Source: Flavobacteriales bacterium (GTDB taxonomy: Bacteria; Bacteroidota; Bacteroidia; Flavobacteriales_D; Sanyastnellaceae). Taken from it: a stretch of DNA of 64,000 nucleotides. The notes beneath the pieces were generated by a model. The model had not been told where the DNA came from and searched no databases. It saw nothing but the letters and a program-made list of their open reading frames with translations. The DNA is taken from NCBI GenBank assembly GCA_044371535.1, contig JBILTL010000001.1:9668-73667 (forward strand). The letters run 5' to 3'. This document shows positions 1-9,500 of the stretch, one piece after another. The position numbers and the translations under genes are program-made. Numbering within the stretch: the first letter of the stretch is position 1; each line of letters starts with the position of its first letter.

Positions 1-3000
1 CGTGCAGATTGCTTCCGCGTTCACGCAAGATGTCGGTGAATTCAACCAACAAGATTCCATTGCGGACAACGATACCGGCTAGTGCCACAATACCCACTCC
101 TGTCATGACAATACTGATTGACATGTCGAAAATGGCAAGTCCTAATAATACTCCAATGACACTGAAAACAATTTCAGAAAGGATAATCATCGTTCTTCCT
201 ATCGAGTTGAATTGCATAATCAAAATCAATACGATTAATCCTATCGCAATCAAACCTGCCATTCCCAAGAAACTCGCTGTTTCAGCCTGCTCTTCTTTCT
301 CTCCTCCCATCTTCACCGAAACTCCTTTTGGAAGGTCTTTGAATTCATTAACTTTCTGCTCAATGTTCGCTACCACTTCATTCGGATTGAATCCCGTAAG
401 GACGTTCGATCCGAGGGTAACAATACGCTTCTGATCTTTTCTGCGAATACCTGCATAGGTGCTGCTGTAATGAACGTCTGCGAAGGCCGAGATAGGCACT
501 TGACGAACCATTCCCATCATGTTCATATCACGGAAAGTGATAACCATGTTGCGAACTTCTTCCAAGTTGTTACGCTGATCTTCCTTCAAACGAATCTGAA
601 TCGGATACTCGTCTTCATCATCTCGGAAGTTCGACGGATTATCAATTCCGAAAATAGATTTACGCAATTCCATACCTACTTGCGCCAACGATAAACCTTC
701 GCGATTCAAACGCTCGCGGTTAATGTCAATCACAATCTCTGGCTTGTTGCGTTGCAAATCGCTCTTCAATTCTTCAACACCCGGAATCTGCTGAGCATCT
801 AAATAATTCTTCAAATTCACACTCGCTGCAATCAAGTCTTCGAAATTCTCACCGGTAATTTCTACGCTAATTGGTTTCGCCGTGGGCGGACCGTTTTGCT
901 CTTGATCTACAGAGATTTCAACCCCAGGAATTCCTTGAACAGCAACGCGAATTTTTTCCAAATACTCCAACGTACTTTGTCCGTTACGCTTCGAAAATTC
1001 AACGAACCCAACACCTACTTTCGCTTTGTGCGAATACGGTGCACGGTCATCGCGAGACTCGTTCGCACCCACTGCAACGTTGGTAATGACAGACTCAACC
1101 ATCGGATTGTTTTCTCCAATTACGCTGTACACGCGCTCTTCAATAATTCGAGCCACACTGTCGGTTGCTTCTGGCTTCGTTCCAACCGGAAGACTTGCAT
1201 ACACATACACGAAATTCGGATCGGCCTTCGGGAAGAATACCACTTCAGGTTTACGCAAACCGGTAACAAAGAACGACAAGAGTAACAACGCTAAGGTGCT
1301 AAACAAAATCGTCTTCGGACGCGTTAATGCCCATGCTAAGAATCGAGCATACACTGCCTGAACACCGGGCCAAGTCTTGTTTTGGAAACGTTCGATCATG
1401 CGTTTCAAAATGAAACGATAGAAGATGTAAATGATTAACATGAACATCGTGAAGTTGCCCATTCCGACATTTCCACTGATGTAAAAGAGAATTCCAACTA
1501 CAATAAAAATAACCGAAGTAATTCCCAATTTCTTTACGTTCACTCCCTTGTCTTCTTTGTGCGGTTTCATGAAGTCTACCGCGAAAACCGGACTAATGAT
1601 ATACGCAACAATCAACGATGCGCTCAGCGTAATGATCAATGTAATGGGAAGGTATCCCATGAACTTTCCAATCACACCATCCCAAAACGCAAGCGGAACG
1701 AACGGTGCAAGTGTAGTTGCCGTTCCAGATAGTACAGGAAGGAAAATTTCTCCTGCCGCTTTCTTAGCCGCGATCCTAATTGGAACTTTTCCGTTGTCGT
1801 AAATACGGTGCGTATTTTCAACAACAACAATCGCATCATCTACCACAATTCCCAATCCCAGAAGGAAGGCGAACAAGACAATCATGTTCATGGTGAAATC
1901 CAAACCAGGTAACAACAAGAAGGCAATGAACATCGAAAGCGGAACAGAAAGTCCAACGAAAATCGCGTTCGTTGCTCCCATGAAGAACATCAAAATCAAG
2001 GTTACTAAAACGAAACCAATGATGATGGTGTTAATCAAATCGTGCAGCGTAATACGCGTTGTTCTACTCTGATCTCCGGTTACAACAACACTTAAATCTT
2101 GCGGAAACTTGTCTTTCTTCATTTCCTCAATAATGGCCTGAATTCCGTCAGACGCATTAATCAAGTTTTCTCCTCCGCGCTTAATAACGTTCAACGTTAT
2201 AACGTTCTTCTTGTCCAATCTCCCGTAAGACTCTTGCTCTTTGTGTCCGTCTACCACTTCCGCAATGTCTTTCAAATACATGTGCGCACCGGTCTGTCCA
2301 GATACAATCGAGTTTTTAATTTCTTCAATGTCTTTGAATTCTCCACTCACACTTAGCGTGCGCTTCATGTCGTCGAGTACTACGCTACCACCACTGATGG
2401 TTAAGTTTTCGTAGTTCAAGGTGCGTTCAATATCGCCAATGCTAATTTGTGCAGCAGCGGCTTTATACATGTCTACGTTCACTTGAATCTCGCGCTCCAA
2501 CGCTCCCACCATGTCAACACGCGTGATCTCTTTCATTCCTTCAATTTTATCTTGAAGTTCTTCCGCGTATTTTTTCAATTCATCGAGACTGTAATTACCT
2601 GCAATGTTCACGAACAAAATAGGCATCTCAGAAAACTCAACTTCCATAACGTTCGGATCGGCAGGAAGATCTTGTGGAAGATCTTTCTTAGCCTTGTCCA
2701 CAGCGTCTTTCACCTTTTGCTTCGCAACAGGTACGTCTACGTTCGTGTTGAATTCAACTACCACACTCGAGAAATCTTGAATGCTGGTACTAGTTACTTT
2801 CTTCACACCGGCAATTGACTTGATTTGCTTTTCAATGTTTTTTGAAACCAAATTTTCAACGTCCTTCGGTGCTGCTCCCGGATAAACAGTACTCACATAA
2901 ATTGTTGGAATAACAATGTCTGGAAACTGTTCCTTCGGAATGCTTCTGTATGTAAGAATACCCGCTAACGTAATGAATATCGTTAGCAAATAAATGGTAG

Positions 3001-3055
3001 TCTTATTATCAATGGCCCAACTGGTGGGTTTGAATTCTTTAAATTTTTCTAGCAT
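1..3055 (-). CDS. RND-family efflux transporter permease (AcrB/CzcA-like); 3' end runs off the window
   Basis: Absent from the ORF track because no stop lies inside the window. Hand translation from ATG at 3055 gives MLEKFKEFKPTSWAIDNKTTIYLLTIFITLAGILTYRSIPKEQFPDIVIPTIYVSTVYPGAAPKDVENLV. The same frame at nt 70-2 reads VVRNGILLVEFTDILRERGSNLH, an RND TM11/12-type motif. It is the last gene of the tetR-tolC-mfp-rnd operon. Confidence 0.9.
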   Translation of the reverse strand, partial: MLEKFKEFKPTSWAIDNKTTIYLLTIFITLAGILTYRSIPKEQFPDIVIPTIYVSTVYPGAAPKDVENLVSKNIEKQIKSIAGVKKVTSTSIQDFSSVVVEFNTNVDVPVAKQKVKDAVDKAKKDLPQDLPADPNVMEVEFSEMPILFVNIAGNYSLDELKKYAEELQDKIEGMKEITRVDMVGALEREIQVNVDMYKAAAAQISIGDIERTLNYENLTISGGSVVLDDMKRTLSVSGEFKDIEEIKNSIVSGQTGAHMYLKDIAEVVDGHKEQESYGRLDKKNVITLNVIKRGGENLINASDGIQAIIEEMKKDKFPQDLSVVVTGDQSRTTRITLHDLINTIIIGFVLVTLILMFFMGATNAIFVGLSVPLSMFIAFLLLPGLDFTMNMIVLFAFLLGLGIVVDDAIVVVENTHRIYDNGKVPIRIAAKKAAGEIFLPVLSGTATTLAPFVPLAFWDGVIGKFMGYLPITLIITLSASLIVAYIISPVFAVDFMKPHKEDKGVNVKKLGITSVIFIVVGILFYISGNVGMGNFTMFMLIIYIFYRFILKRMIERFQNKTWPGVQAVYARFLAWALTRPKTILFSTLALLLLSFFVTGLRKPEVVFFPKADPNFVYVYASLPVGTKPEATDSVARIIEERVYSVIGENNPMVESVITNVAVGANESRDDRAPYSHKAKVGVGFVEFSKRNGQSTLEYLEKIRVAVQGIPGVEISVDQEQNGPPTAKPISVEITGENFEDLIAASVNLKNYLDAQQIPGVEELKSDLQRNKPEIVIDINRERLNREGLSLAQVGMELRKSIFGIDNPSNFRDDEDEYPIQIRLKEDQRNNLEEVRNMVITFRDMNMMGMVRQVPISAFADVHYSSTYAGIRRKDQKRIVTLGSNVLTGFNPNEVVANIEQKVNEFKDLPKGVSVKMGGEKEEQAETASFLGMAGLIAIGLIVLILIMQFNSIGRTMIILSEIVFSVIGVLLGLAIFDMSISIVMTGVGIVALAGIVVRNGILLVEFTDILRERGSNLH

Positions 3056-3066
3056 GATTCGGCTTC

Positions 3067-4191
3067 TTATAATTCAATTGCCATTCCTTCTGTTAACTCT
3101 GCGTAACCTGTGGTGATTAACTTATCGCCAATGCTCAAACCGCCCGTCAATTCAGCGTTTCCAGCGTACACTTGTCCAACAGTAACCGCTCTTCTGCGCG
3201 CAGTTAACACACCGTTTTCGTTCACTGCAACGTAAACGAATTGCAAGTTGTTTTCATTTTGAATGATGTTCAATGGTGCTAAGATGGCGGCAGGATTTTC
3301 ATAGTCAACAATCTTCATGATGCTTACCATATTCGGACGAAGCATTTCGTTTGAACCCGACAACATGGCTTCAGCCGTGAAGGTGCGAGACATAGGACTA
3401 ATGAATTTTGCTGTGAATGAAATGCTTCCTTCAATCTCTGTTGCAATGTCTGGGAAGTACAACAATACTTTGTTTCCTTTCTTCACTTTGTTTGCATAAG
3501 TTTCAGCAACTTCAGACTTCACTTTCAATGAAGCTAAGTTCACAATTCGGAAGCAAGGATCTGGATTTTGCGCGGTTGCAAATTGTCCAACACGCGCGCC
3601 AATGTGATCTACCACTCCGTTAATTGGCGCCTTCACTTTCGTTAATTCGATTTGCGCTTGAATGGCACTGATTTGTTTTGCCATTGCATCTACTTGAGTC
3701 TTTGCTTGAAGGTATTGCACTTCGCTTCCGATCTTTTGTTCCCACAAACGTTCTTGTCTTAAGAATACGTCTTTCGCCAATTCCAATTGTGGTTGAATAG
3801 CAGCAATCTGTGCGGCATACGCACTGTTATCTGTCTCTGCCAACAACTGTCCAGCTACAACAGCATCGCCTTCGTTCACATAAATCTTTGTAACTAATCC
3901 AGGAATTTGCGGAGCAACAACCACGTTGTTCTCAGCATCTACTGTTCCTTGAATTTCAACACAATGCTTGAATGGTGCAGTTACAACATCTGTTGTCACA
4001 ACCTTTCTCGCTTTCGCAGCGTTGGTAATTCCCAATTCTTTTTCAAGGGAAGCAATTTGTCCGTCCAATTCAGAACGCTTCGCTTTCAAATCGTTCAACT
4101 CTGCATTCTTATCTTTCGATCCGCAAGAGGCCAACAACACAGCAGCTAATCCTAGTGAAGCTGCGATTTTAGAGATATACATGGATTTCAT
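3067..4191 (-). CDS. Efflux RND periplasmic adaptor (membrane fusion protein, HlyD family) lipoprotein
   Basis: 374-aa ORF with lipobox LLASCGS, a coiled-coil segment and a beta-barrel C-terminus. It lies 11 nt upstream of the RND permease. Confidence 0.9.
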   Translation of the reverse strand: MKSMYISKIAASLGLAAVLLASCGSKDKNAELNDLKAKRSELDGQIASLEKELGITNAAKARKVVTTDVVTAPFKHCVEIQGTVDAENNVVVAPQIPGLVTKIYVNEGDAVVAGQLLAETDNSAYAAQIAAIQPQLELAKDVFLRQERLWEQKIGSEVQYLQAKTQVDAMAKQISAIQAQIELTKVKAPINGVVDHIGARVGQFATAQNPDPCFRIVNLASLKVKSEVAETYANKVKKGNKVLLYFPDIATEIEGSISFTAKFISPMSRTFTAEAMLSGSNEMLRPNMVSIMKIVDYENPAAILAPLNIIQNENNLQFVYVAVNENGVLTARRRAVTVGQVYAGNAELTGGLSIGDKLITTGYAELTEGMAIEL

Positions 4192-4204
4192 TTTTTCTTA
4201 AATA

Positions 4205-5548
4205 TTATAATGCGTTCAACGATTTTGAAAGTCTGGTTTGAGCGTTCATTAAACTTAAACGCGCTTGAATAAGTGATACTTGTGCTTGCAACAATTGCGA
4301 AGTTTGTCTCGACAATTCGAAGCTGGAAGAAGTTCCTTGATCGAATTTAATTTGCGTCTTCTGTAATATGCTTGAAGCCAAATTGTAAGACTGCATAGCT
4401 AAGTCTACGTTCTGTGTAGCGTTCATGTATTCAGCCATTCCAACTTGGTATTCCAACTTCGCTGCATTGGTTGAAAAAGAAAGTGTCTCTTCCATACGCT
4501 TCACTTCCACTTCAGCACGCTGAATGCTCTTTGTTTTGCGTCCACCAGAAACAATGGGGATATTCATTGAAAGTCCCCACAACTGTGTCGGGTACCAAGC
4601 TTCATCGCCATCGAAGAAGTTAAACTCTTGTCGTTGCGCCTGACGCTGAAGACTGTAAAAAGCAGCTAGGTTTGGAAGCAAACCCGCTTGTTCGTTCTTT
4701 ACATTTAATTTTTGAAGCGATAATCCTTCCTTGATAATTTGATTGTCGATAAGGTTATCTGCATTGAAAGGCGTTTGAATCAATTGAGCGTTGAATGCTT
4801 CCAATATGGTCTTGCTGTTGTCTGCAAGCGTAATGTCTTCATCTACGTTCATTCCTATGGTGAATTTCAATAGCGCCTTCGCAATTAACGCTTGTGCTTC
4901 TGCAACGCGAATGCGTGCTTCCAATTCATTCAATGAAAGGGTCAATTGCTCAACGTCTTGTGTTTCTACAAATCCTTCCTTGTTCAACGCGATAGTTTGG
5001 TCTAAAGTAGTCTTCAACAAATCGCGCGATGCTGTTAAAAGCGCAATGCTTTCTTGCGCAATTACAGCGTAGTGATAAGCCTCTTCCGTTGCCTTCTTCA
5101 CATCGATTTCGCTTTTAATGATGTTCTTGTTTTGCAAAGCAGCATAGGCTTTCGACGCTTGCAAACCAATTAACCATGAACCGTCGAACAACAACTGCGA
5201 AGCATTAATGCCAGCCGTTAATGTTTGCGGAACACCGAATTGTACAGCAACGTTTTGTCCTGGCATGCCGAAGAAATCTCCAGGTAAAATGCTAGTCGGA
5301 CGATCAATGAAATTTTGGTACTGCATAGAACCGCTGATTTGCGGAAGTCCGATAGCGATAAGCTCTTCTGTTTGAAGTTTCGCCGACTGTGCATCTAGAT
5401 TCGTATTCTTCAGTTGGAACGCATTCTTTAACGCGTACTCTTTCGCTGCAGCCAAGGTCAGCGCCTGTTGGGCGTTTCCGAGAGAAACAAAACCAAGCGC
5501 CACTGCGAGCAGGACACTTACTTTTTTGTTTATGTTGAATTGTATCAT
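4205..5548 (-). CDS. TolC-family outer membrane efflux protein
   Basis: 447 aa with a signal peptide and two long alpha-helical repeat halves typical of the OEP/TolC family. Operon position is between tetR and the adaptor. Confidence 0.9.
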   Translation of the reverse strand: MIQFNINKKVSVLLAVALGFVSLGNAQQALTLAAAKEYALKNAFQLKNTNLDAQSAKLQTEELIAIGLPQISGSMQYQNFIDRPTSILPGDFFGMPGQNVAVQFGVPQTLTAGINASQLLFDGSWLIGLQASKAYAALQNKNIIKSEIDVKKATEEAYHYAVIAQESIALLTASRDLLKTTLDQTIALNKEGFVETQDVEQLTLSLNELEARIRVAEAQALIAKALLKFTIGMNVDEDITLADNSKTILEAFNAQLIQTPFNADNLIDNQIIKEGLSLQKLNVKNEQAGLLPNLAAFYSLQRQAQRQEFNFFDGDEAWYPTQLWGLSMNIPIVSGGRKTKSIQRAEVEVKRMEETLSFSTNAAKLEYQVGMAEYMNATQNVDLAMQSYNLASSILQKTQIKFDQGTSSSFELSRQTSQLLQAQVSLIQARLSLMNAQTRLSKSLNAL

Positions 5549-5556
5549 GAATTGAA

Positions 5557-6174
5557 TTATTGCTTTTTCGTTGATTTTTTCTTGGTTGAAGGAGAAGTGT
5601 TCAGAATGTTTTTGTTCAACAACTCTATTCCCTTAACCGTTGCCATTCCATGAATGTGGTAGGAAAACCATTCCATATAAATATCACTCACTTTGTATTC
5701 TTTGCTAGGAAACAAATTCTGATCGAACATGGCTTCCATTCTTCCAACATACAGTTTGGCCAATACATCTGGATTAATCTCCTTTCTGTACAAACCGTCT
5801 TTCTGTCCTTTTACAATGTTTTCGAAAACGCATTTGTAAATAATCTCCTGACGGGAAGCGAGCATTTTCTGATGAACGCGTGGATGAAATTTCTCCATGT
5901 CGTACGCCACAGACGGATGAATATTTTGCAACATTTCCAACACCCAGCGCTTGATCTCTAGACTTTCATCTATCGCATTCAAACCTCTTCCACAAATTTC
6001 TTCTATCTGATGTTGCTCTGCCTTGCTGAATAAAACCACCGCATTTTCCAACAAATCTTCTTTGTCTTTCACATGCGCATACAGCGTCTTCTTTGAGATG
6101 CAGAGCTTCCGCGCAATATCGTCCATAGTCAGGCTTTTAATCCCAAACTTCAGGAACAACGGAAGCGTTTCCAT
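5557..6174 (-). CDS. TetR/AcrR-family transcriptional regulator
   Basis: HTH motif FGIKSLTMDDIARKLCISKKTLYAHVKDKEDLL. I place the start at the internal ATG at 6174 (METLPLF), because the 48-codon extension in the ORF track reads through a repeat array. Confidence 0.85.
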   Translation of the reverse strand: METLPLFLKFGIKSLTMDDIARKLCISKKTLYAHVKDKEDLLENAVVLFSKAEQHQIEEICGRGLNAIDESLEIKRWVLEMLQNIHPSVAYDMEKFHPRVHQKMLASRQEIIYKCVFENIVKGQKDGLYRKEINPDVLAKLYVGRMEAMFDQNLFPSKEYKVSDIYMEWFSYHIHGMATVKGIELLNKNILNTSPSTKKKSTKKQ

Positions 6175-6233
6175 GAGAATATGTTTCTTCTTGTTTTCCA
6201 AATCGCCGCGAAGATAGACACAAAATTCACATT

Positions 6234-6261
6234 GGAAACGAAAAATGGAAAAAATGTTTCC
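6234..6261. promoter_or_regulatory. Inverted repeat upstream of tetR (candidate operator)
   Basis: ggaaac-N16-gtttcc, nested inside acacaaa...tttgtgt, 60-90 nt upstream of the tetR ATG at 6174. Confidence 0.2.
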
Positions 6262-6277
6262 TTTACACACTTTGTGT

Positions 6278-6343
6278 GATGACCCTGCGGGATGACCGCG
6301 GAGCGGATGACGCAACAAGGTTGCGATGACCAGGGAAGCTGGT
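6278..6343. repeat. GATGAC-word mini-hairpin array (4 units)
   Basis: GATGAC at 6278, 6291, 6306 and 6325, each followed by a short palindrome (cc-tgc-gg, cgc-gga-gcg, gcaac-aag-gttgc, accag-ggaag-ctggt). Lies between the OMP stop and the tetR start. Confidence 0.8.
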
Positions 6344-6348
6344 AAAGA

Positions 6349-8757
6349 TTACTTCACTCTTTTAAACTCATCCACCTGACTCGCCTTCTTCTCCTTCAAC
6401 TTCTGATTACCGATCTTCCAAGTGAGGTTGATACGCGCGGTGCGCGATTCCCACAGGCCGCTGGCGTCCATGTACAGGCCTGCGTATTGCGAGATACCTC
6501 TCCAACGCATGGTGCGAAGAATGTCGCCGTAGGCGAGGCGAAGAACAAGCTTGTCGTCTAAGAAAGTTTTTTGAAAAGCAACATCTAAACCTCCCATAGG
6601 CTTGTTGCGGAAGGTGCCGCCCCAAACGCTTGGACCGTTGAAGAATCCTGAGAGTTCAAACGAAGTAGTCTTGTTCACCTTAAAGGTGTTTTGCATGAAA
6701 ATATTGTACGACGTTGCGCGAAGGTCTATCGTGTTGCCATCGTCAAAGGTTGCGCGGTTGTGAATGTTGTAAACGCCCATGTTCACATAACCGTCCCACC
6801 ACTTGGCAATGGTAACCGGACTGCCGAGATTGAAGGTAATGTTCTCGCGATAACCCAAGTTGCGCGTTTGAATGAACGAACGCGAGAACTCTGTCGTATC
6901 CGTAATCTCGGTGAAGAATCCATTGGTCTTGCTATAGCCGATGGAACTGGTGATCATATAGAACAACGTGTGACTTAACTCGAACGCATCGGTATATTGC
7001 GGTTGAAGGAAGGCATTGCCTCTCGAATACGAAAGTTCGTCGAGACGCGATTCAAACGGATTCAACGACTGATAACTTGGTCTGTCTATTCGGCGACTGT
7101 AAGTTAAGTTGAAGGTACTGGTTTCTTTGTGATCGAAGGTAATAGCAGCACTTGGAAAGAAGTTCGTGTACAAGCGATCGACTTTTGAAAGCGGTTGCGG
7201 GGTTAATGCGAATAACTCTCCATTGCTCTTCGTATTTTCCGCACGCACTCCCACTTGCCATCCGAATTTTTTATACTTCCCCGAGGCGTTTGCATATCCC
7301 GCAAGCACGCGTTCCTTATAGTCGAATGCATTGGTGAGGTTTGAATCTACACTGAATACATTTCCATACACATTGAAAAAATCAAGTTTGTTGTTCGTGC
7401 TCACCTGTGTGCCTTTCACTCCCGCTTCCCACTTCACTTTTTTCCAACTGAAACTGTAGTCTGCCCGAACAATAGCAATGTTAATCTTAGTTGCAGTATT
7501 ATTTTGATAAACACGCTCGTTCAACAAGCTTCCATCAGAACCAATATATCTGTTGGGTTGGAAGTTCCCGTTGTCAATGTCGTACAATCCATAGTTCGCA
7601 TCAACTGTCAGTTCTTGTTCGTTAGACCCTTTCCATTGATAGTTCACATTCGCTCCGTAATTGTTGCGGTATCCGTCATTTGTCGAATTCGCTTCCAACG
7701 TGCTGTCAACTCCAGCACCTGGGATTAAACTTCCGATAGGTGTTGAACCGTGACTGTCCCACAAATCATTCGAAAGATTGCCGTTCACCGAAAAGCCGAT
7801 GGTGTTTTTATCGTTGATGGAAATATCAATACCCGCCTTTCCGTAGTGAGATTTATTTTTAGAATATGTGTATGAATTCTGATCGAAGAAAATTCCGTTT
7901 TGTTCTTTGTAAAAACGCATGTATCCCCAATCTTCGCTGAAAGAGTTTCCGTAGGTTGCGTAAACATTGGTCTTGCCCTTTCTTCTGTTGTAAGTGAAAG
8001 ATCCATTCGTCTTGCCATAAATCTGATTGCCATATCCCAATCCGAAGGTCGCATTCTGTCCGTAATTACTGTTCTTCTTCATCACAATATTCAGAATGCC
8101 CGCGGTACCAGCTGCATCGAAGCGTGCAGAAGGATTGGTGATGATTTCAATTTTTTCAATGGATGAAGAAGGTGTGCTCTTCAAAAAGTCAGACAACTGC
8201 GAACCTTGAAGCGGAGAAATTCTCCCGTCGATGTAAACCGTAATTCCTGACTTTCCTTTTACCGAAATGTTGTTGTTGTTATCAATCACAACACCTGGCG
8301 CGCGACGCAACAATTCCAAAGCATTCAGTCCAACCGCATTCGCCGTTCCTTCCACATTGAAAATGGTTTTATCGGCTTGCACTTGCACGAGCGGTTTCTT
8401 CGCCACGAATTCCATTTCAGACGTAACGGCTGAAGTGCGCATCAATTCTAACGTTCCGAGATTCACACTTGTGCTCGCCGCAATCTTTTTCCAAATAGGT
8501 TTGTATCCAATAATGTTGAAATACACCAACACCGAATCAGCACTTTCAACTTCCAAACTAAACGCACCGCTATTATCTGAAGCCGTCGCCTTCAACACAA
8601 GGCTGTCTTTCACAGCATGAACACTTACGCTTACGAATGCTAAGCTCTCTTTCTTTTCAGCATCAACGCCTTCAACCACACCAGTAAGGGTCGAGGTTTG
8701 AGCGAAAGAAAATAGGGTGAATAAGATGAAGGAAAACGTGAAGAAGAGATTTTTCAT
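6349..8757 (-). CDS. Outer-membrane beta-barrel, TonB-dependent-receptor-like protein with an N-terminal CarboxypepD_reg domain
   Basis: Signal peptide MKNLFFTFSFILFTLFSFAQ (start moved to ATG 8757), a carboxypeptidase-regulatory-like domain, a plug-like segment (TIFNVEG, RRAPGV) and a long beta-strand-rich C-terminus. Confidence 0.8.
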   Translation of the reverse strand: MKNLFFTFSFILFTLFSFAQTSTLTGVVEGVDAEKKESLAFVSVSVHAVKDSLVLKATASDNSGAFSLEVESADSVLVYFNIIGYKPIWKKIAASTSVNLGTLELMRTSAVTSEMEFVAKKPLVQVQADKTIFNVEGTANAVGLNALELLRRAPGVVIDNNNNISVKGKSGITVYIDGRISPLQGSQLSDFLKSTPSSSIEKIEIITNPSARFDAAGTAGILNIVMKKNSNYGQNATFGLGYGNQIYGKTNGSFTYNRRKGKTNVYATYGNSFSEDWGYMRFYKEQNGIFFDQNSYTYSKNKSHYGKAGIDISINDKNTIGFSVNGNLSNDLWDSHGSTPIGSLIPGAGVDSTLEANSTNDGYRNNYGANVNYQWKGSNEQELTVDANYGLYDIDNGNFQPNRYIGSDGSLLNERVYQNNTATKINIAIVRADYSFSWKKVKWEAGVKGTQVSTNNKLDFFNVYGNVFSVDSNLTNAFDYKERVLAGYANASGKYKKFGWQVGVRAENTKSNGELFALTPQPLSKVDRLYTNFFPSAAITFDHKETSTFNLTYSRRIDRPSYQSLNPFESRLDELSYSRGNAFLQPQYTDAFELSHTLFYMITSSIGYSKTNGFFTEITDTTEFSRSFIQTRNLGYRENITFNLGSPVTIAKWWDGYVNMGVYNIHNRATFDDGNTIDLRATSYNIFMQNTFKVNKTTSFELSGFFNGPSVWGGTFRNKPMGGLDVAFQKTFLDDKLVLRLAYGDILRTMRWRGISQYAGLYMDASGLWESRTARINLTWKIGNQKLKEKKASQVDEFKRVK

Positions 8758-8775
8758 GAGCGCGAAAATACAATA

Positions 8776-8893
8776 ATCCGGTGGATCAATTGCTACGCAA
8801 TCAATCAACTTCGTTGATCAATACTACGTATCAATCACCTACGGTGATCAATTCTACGAATCAATCGCTGCGCGATCAATCAACTTCGTTGAT
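8776..8893. repeat. GATCAAT-word mini-hairpin array, one arm only (8 units, all TNC-type loops on + strand)
   Basis: atcc-ggt-ggat, attgc-tac-gcaat, atcaac-ttc-gttgat, atac-tac-gtat, atcacc-tac-ggtgat, attc-tac-gaat, atcgc-tgc-gcgat and atcaac-ttc-gttgat, joined by CA linkers. Confidence 0.9.
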
Positions 8894-9088
8894 TACTTCT
8901 TTCGACTTAAGAAAACTTCCAAAAAAGAGATATCCCAAAAATCCTCCGTAAGGAATGCTGATGTATGGATTGCTGCTAATCATACAGCCTCCAGAAGAAC
9001 AACCCACGAAGTAGTAATATGCCCAACCGGCAAAAGAACCAATAGCAATGGCTATGAATTCTTTTCGATATTTCTTAATGAAATTCAT
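8876..9088 (-). CDS. Small membrane protein, DUF6132-like
   Basis: Two TM segments and a VGCSSGGCMISSNP motif. ATGA start/stop overlap with the upstream DUF2892 gene. The last 5 codons and the stop lie inside the repeat array at 8776-8893. Confidence 0.6.
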   Translation of the reverse strand: MNFIKKYRKEFIAIAIGSFAGWAYYYFVGCSSGGCMISSNPYISIPYGGFLGYLFFGSFLKSKEVINEVD

Positions 9089-9288
9089 TTTTTCTCGCAC
9101 GTATTAATTCCAAAAGGCATATACAACGGACAAAAAGAAACAAGACTAGTCAATAAGAATATCGCACCAAAGACAAAAAGTGTGTTTCCTAAAAATCCTG
9201 AAACCGCATCGGTAAAAAACAGATACGCGAAAATCAGTGCTGCAACCACTCGCATTCCGCGATCAAAATTTCCCATGTTCTTTTTCAT
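9085..9288 (-). CDS. DUF2892 (YgaP-like) small membrane protein
   Basis: 67 aa with N-terminal GNFDRGMRVVAAL followed by two hydrophobic helices and CPLY, which is the DUF2892 signature. Confidence 0.7.
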   Translation of the reverse strand: MKKNMGNFDRGMRVVAALIFAYLFFTDAVSGFLGNTLFVFGAIFLLTSLVSFCPLYMPFGINTCEKK

Positions 9289-9352
9289 AGTATTATATTT
9301 TCTACGAAGGTGAGGGATTGTTGTGGGGTGGTTTGTAACTTATATCACCACG

Positions 9353-9494
9353 TTATCAATCCTTCGGATCAATCTGACTGCGTCAGATCAATACTCCGTA
9401 TCAATCACTTCGTGATAAACTGCATCCGCAGGATTGATTGCAACGCAATTGATCGCATAGCGATTGATCCGAAGGATTGATCACCGTAGGTGAT
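9353..9494. repeat. GATCAAT-word mini-hairpin array, two inverted arms (9 units)
   Basis: Left arm: atcc-ttc-ggat, atctgac-tgc-gtcagat, atac-tcc-gtat, atcac-ttc-gtgat (CA linkers). Centre: aaactgc. Right arm: atcc-gca-ggat, attgc-aac-gcaat, atcgc-ata-gcgat, atcc-gaa-ggat, atcacc-gta-ggtgat (TG linkers). Confidence 0.9.
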
Positions 9495-9500
9495 GGATTG

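Noticed and set aside
9-2818. A series of + strand ORFs (60-141 aa) covering the first 2.8 kb
   Set aside because: They lie antisense to, or out of frame with, a continuous minus-strand RND permease reading frame. I verified that frame by hand at both ends (MLEKFKEF... at 3055, ...VVRNGILLVEFTDILRERGSNLH at nt 70-2). Their sequences are low-complexity with no recognisable motifs.
5557-8808. N-terminal extensions in the ORF track for tetR (to 6318) and the OMP gene (to 8808)
   Set aside because: The extensions read through GATGAC and GATCAAT repeat arrays and precede obvious native N-termini (METLPLF for the HTH protein, MKNLFFTFSFILF signal peptide). I moved the starts to 6174 and 8757.
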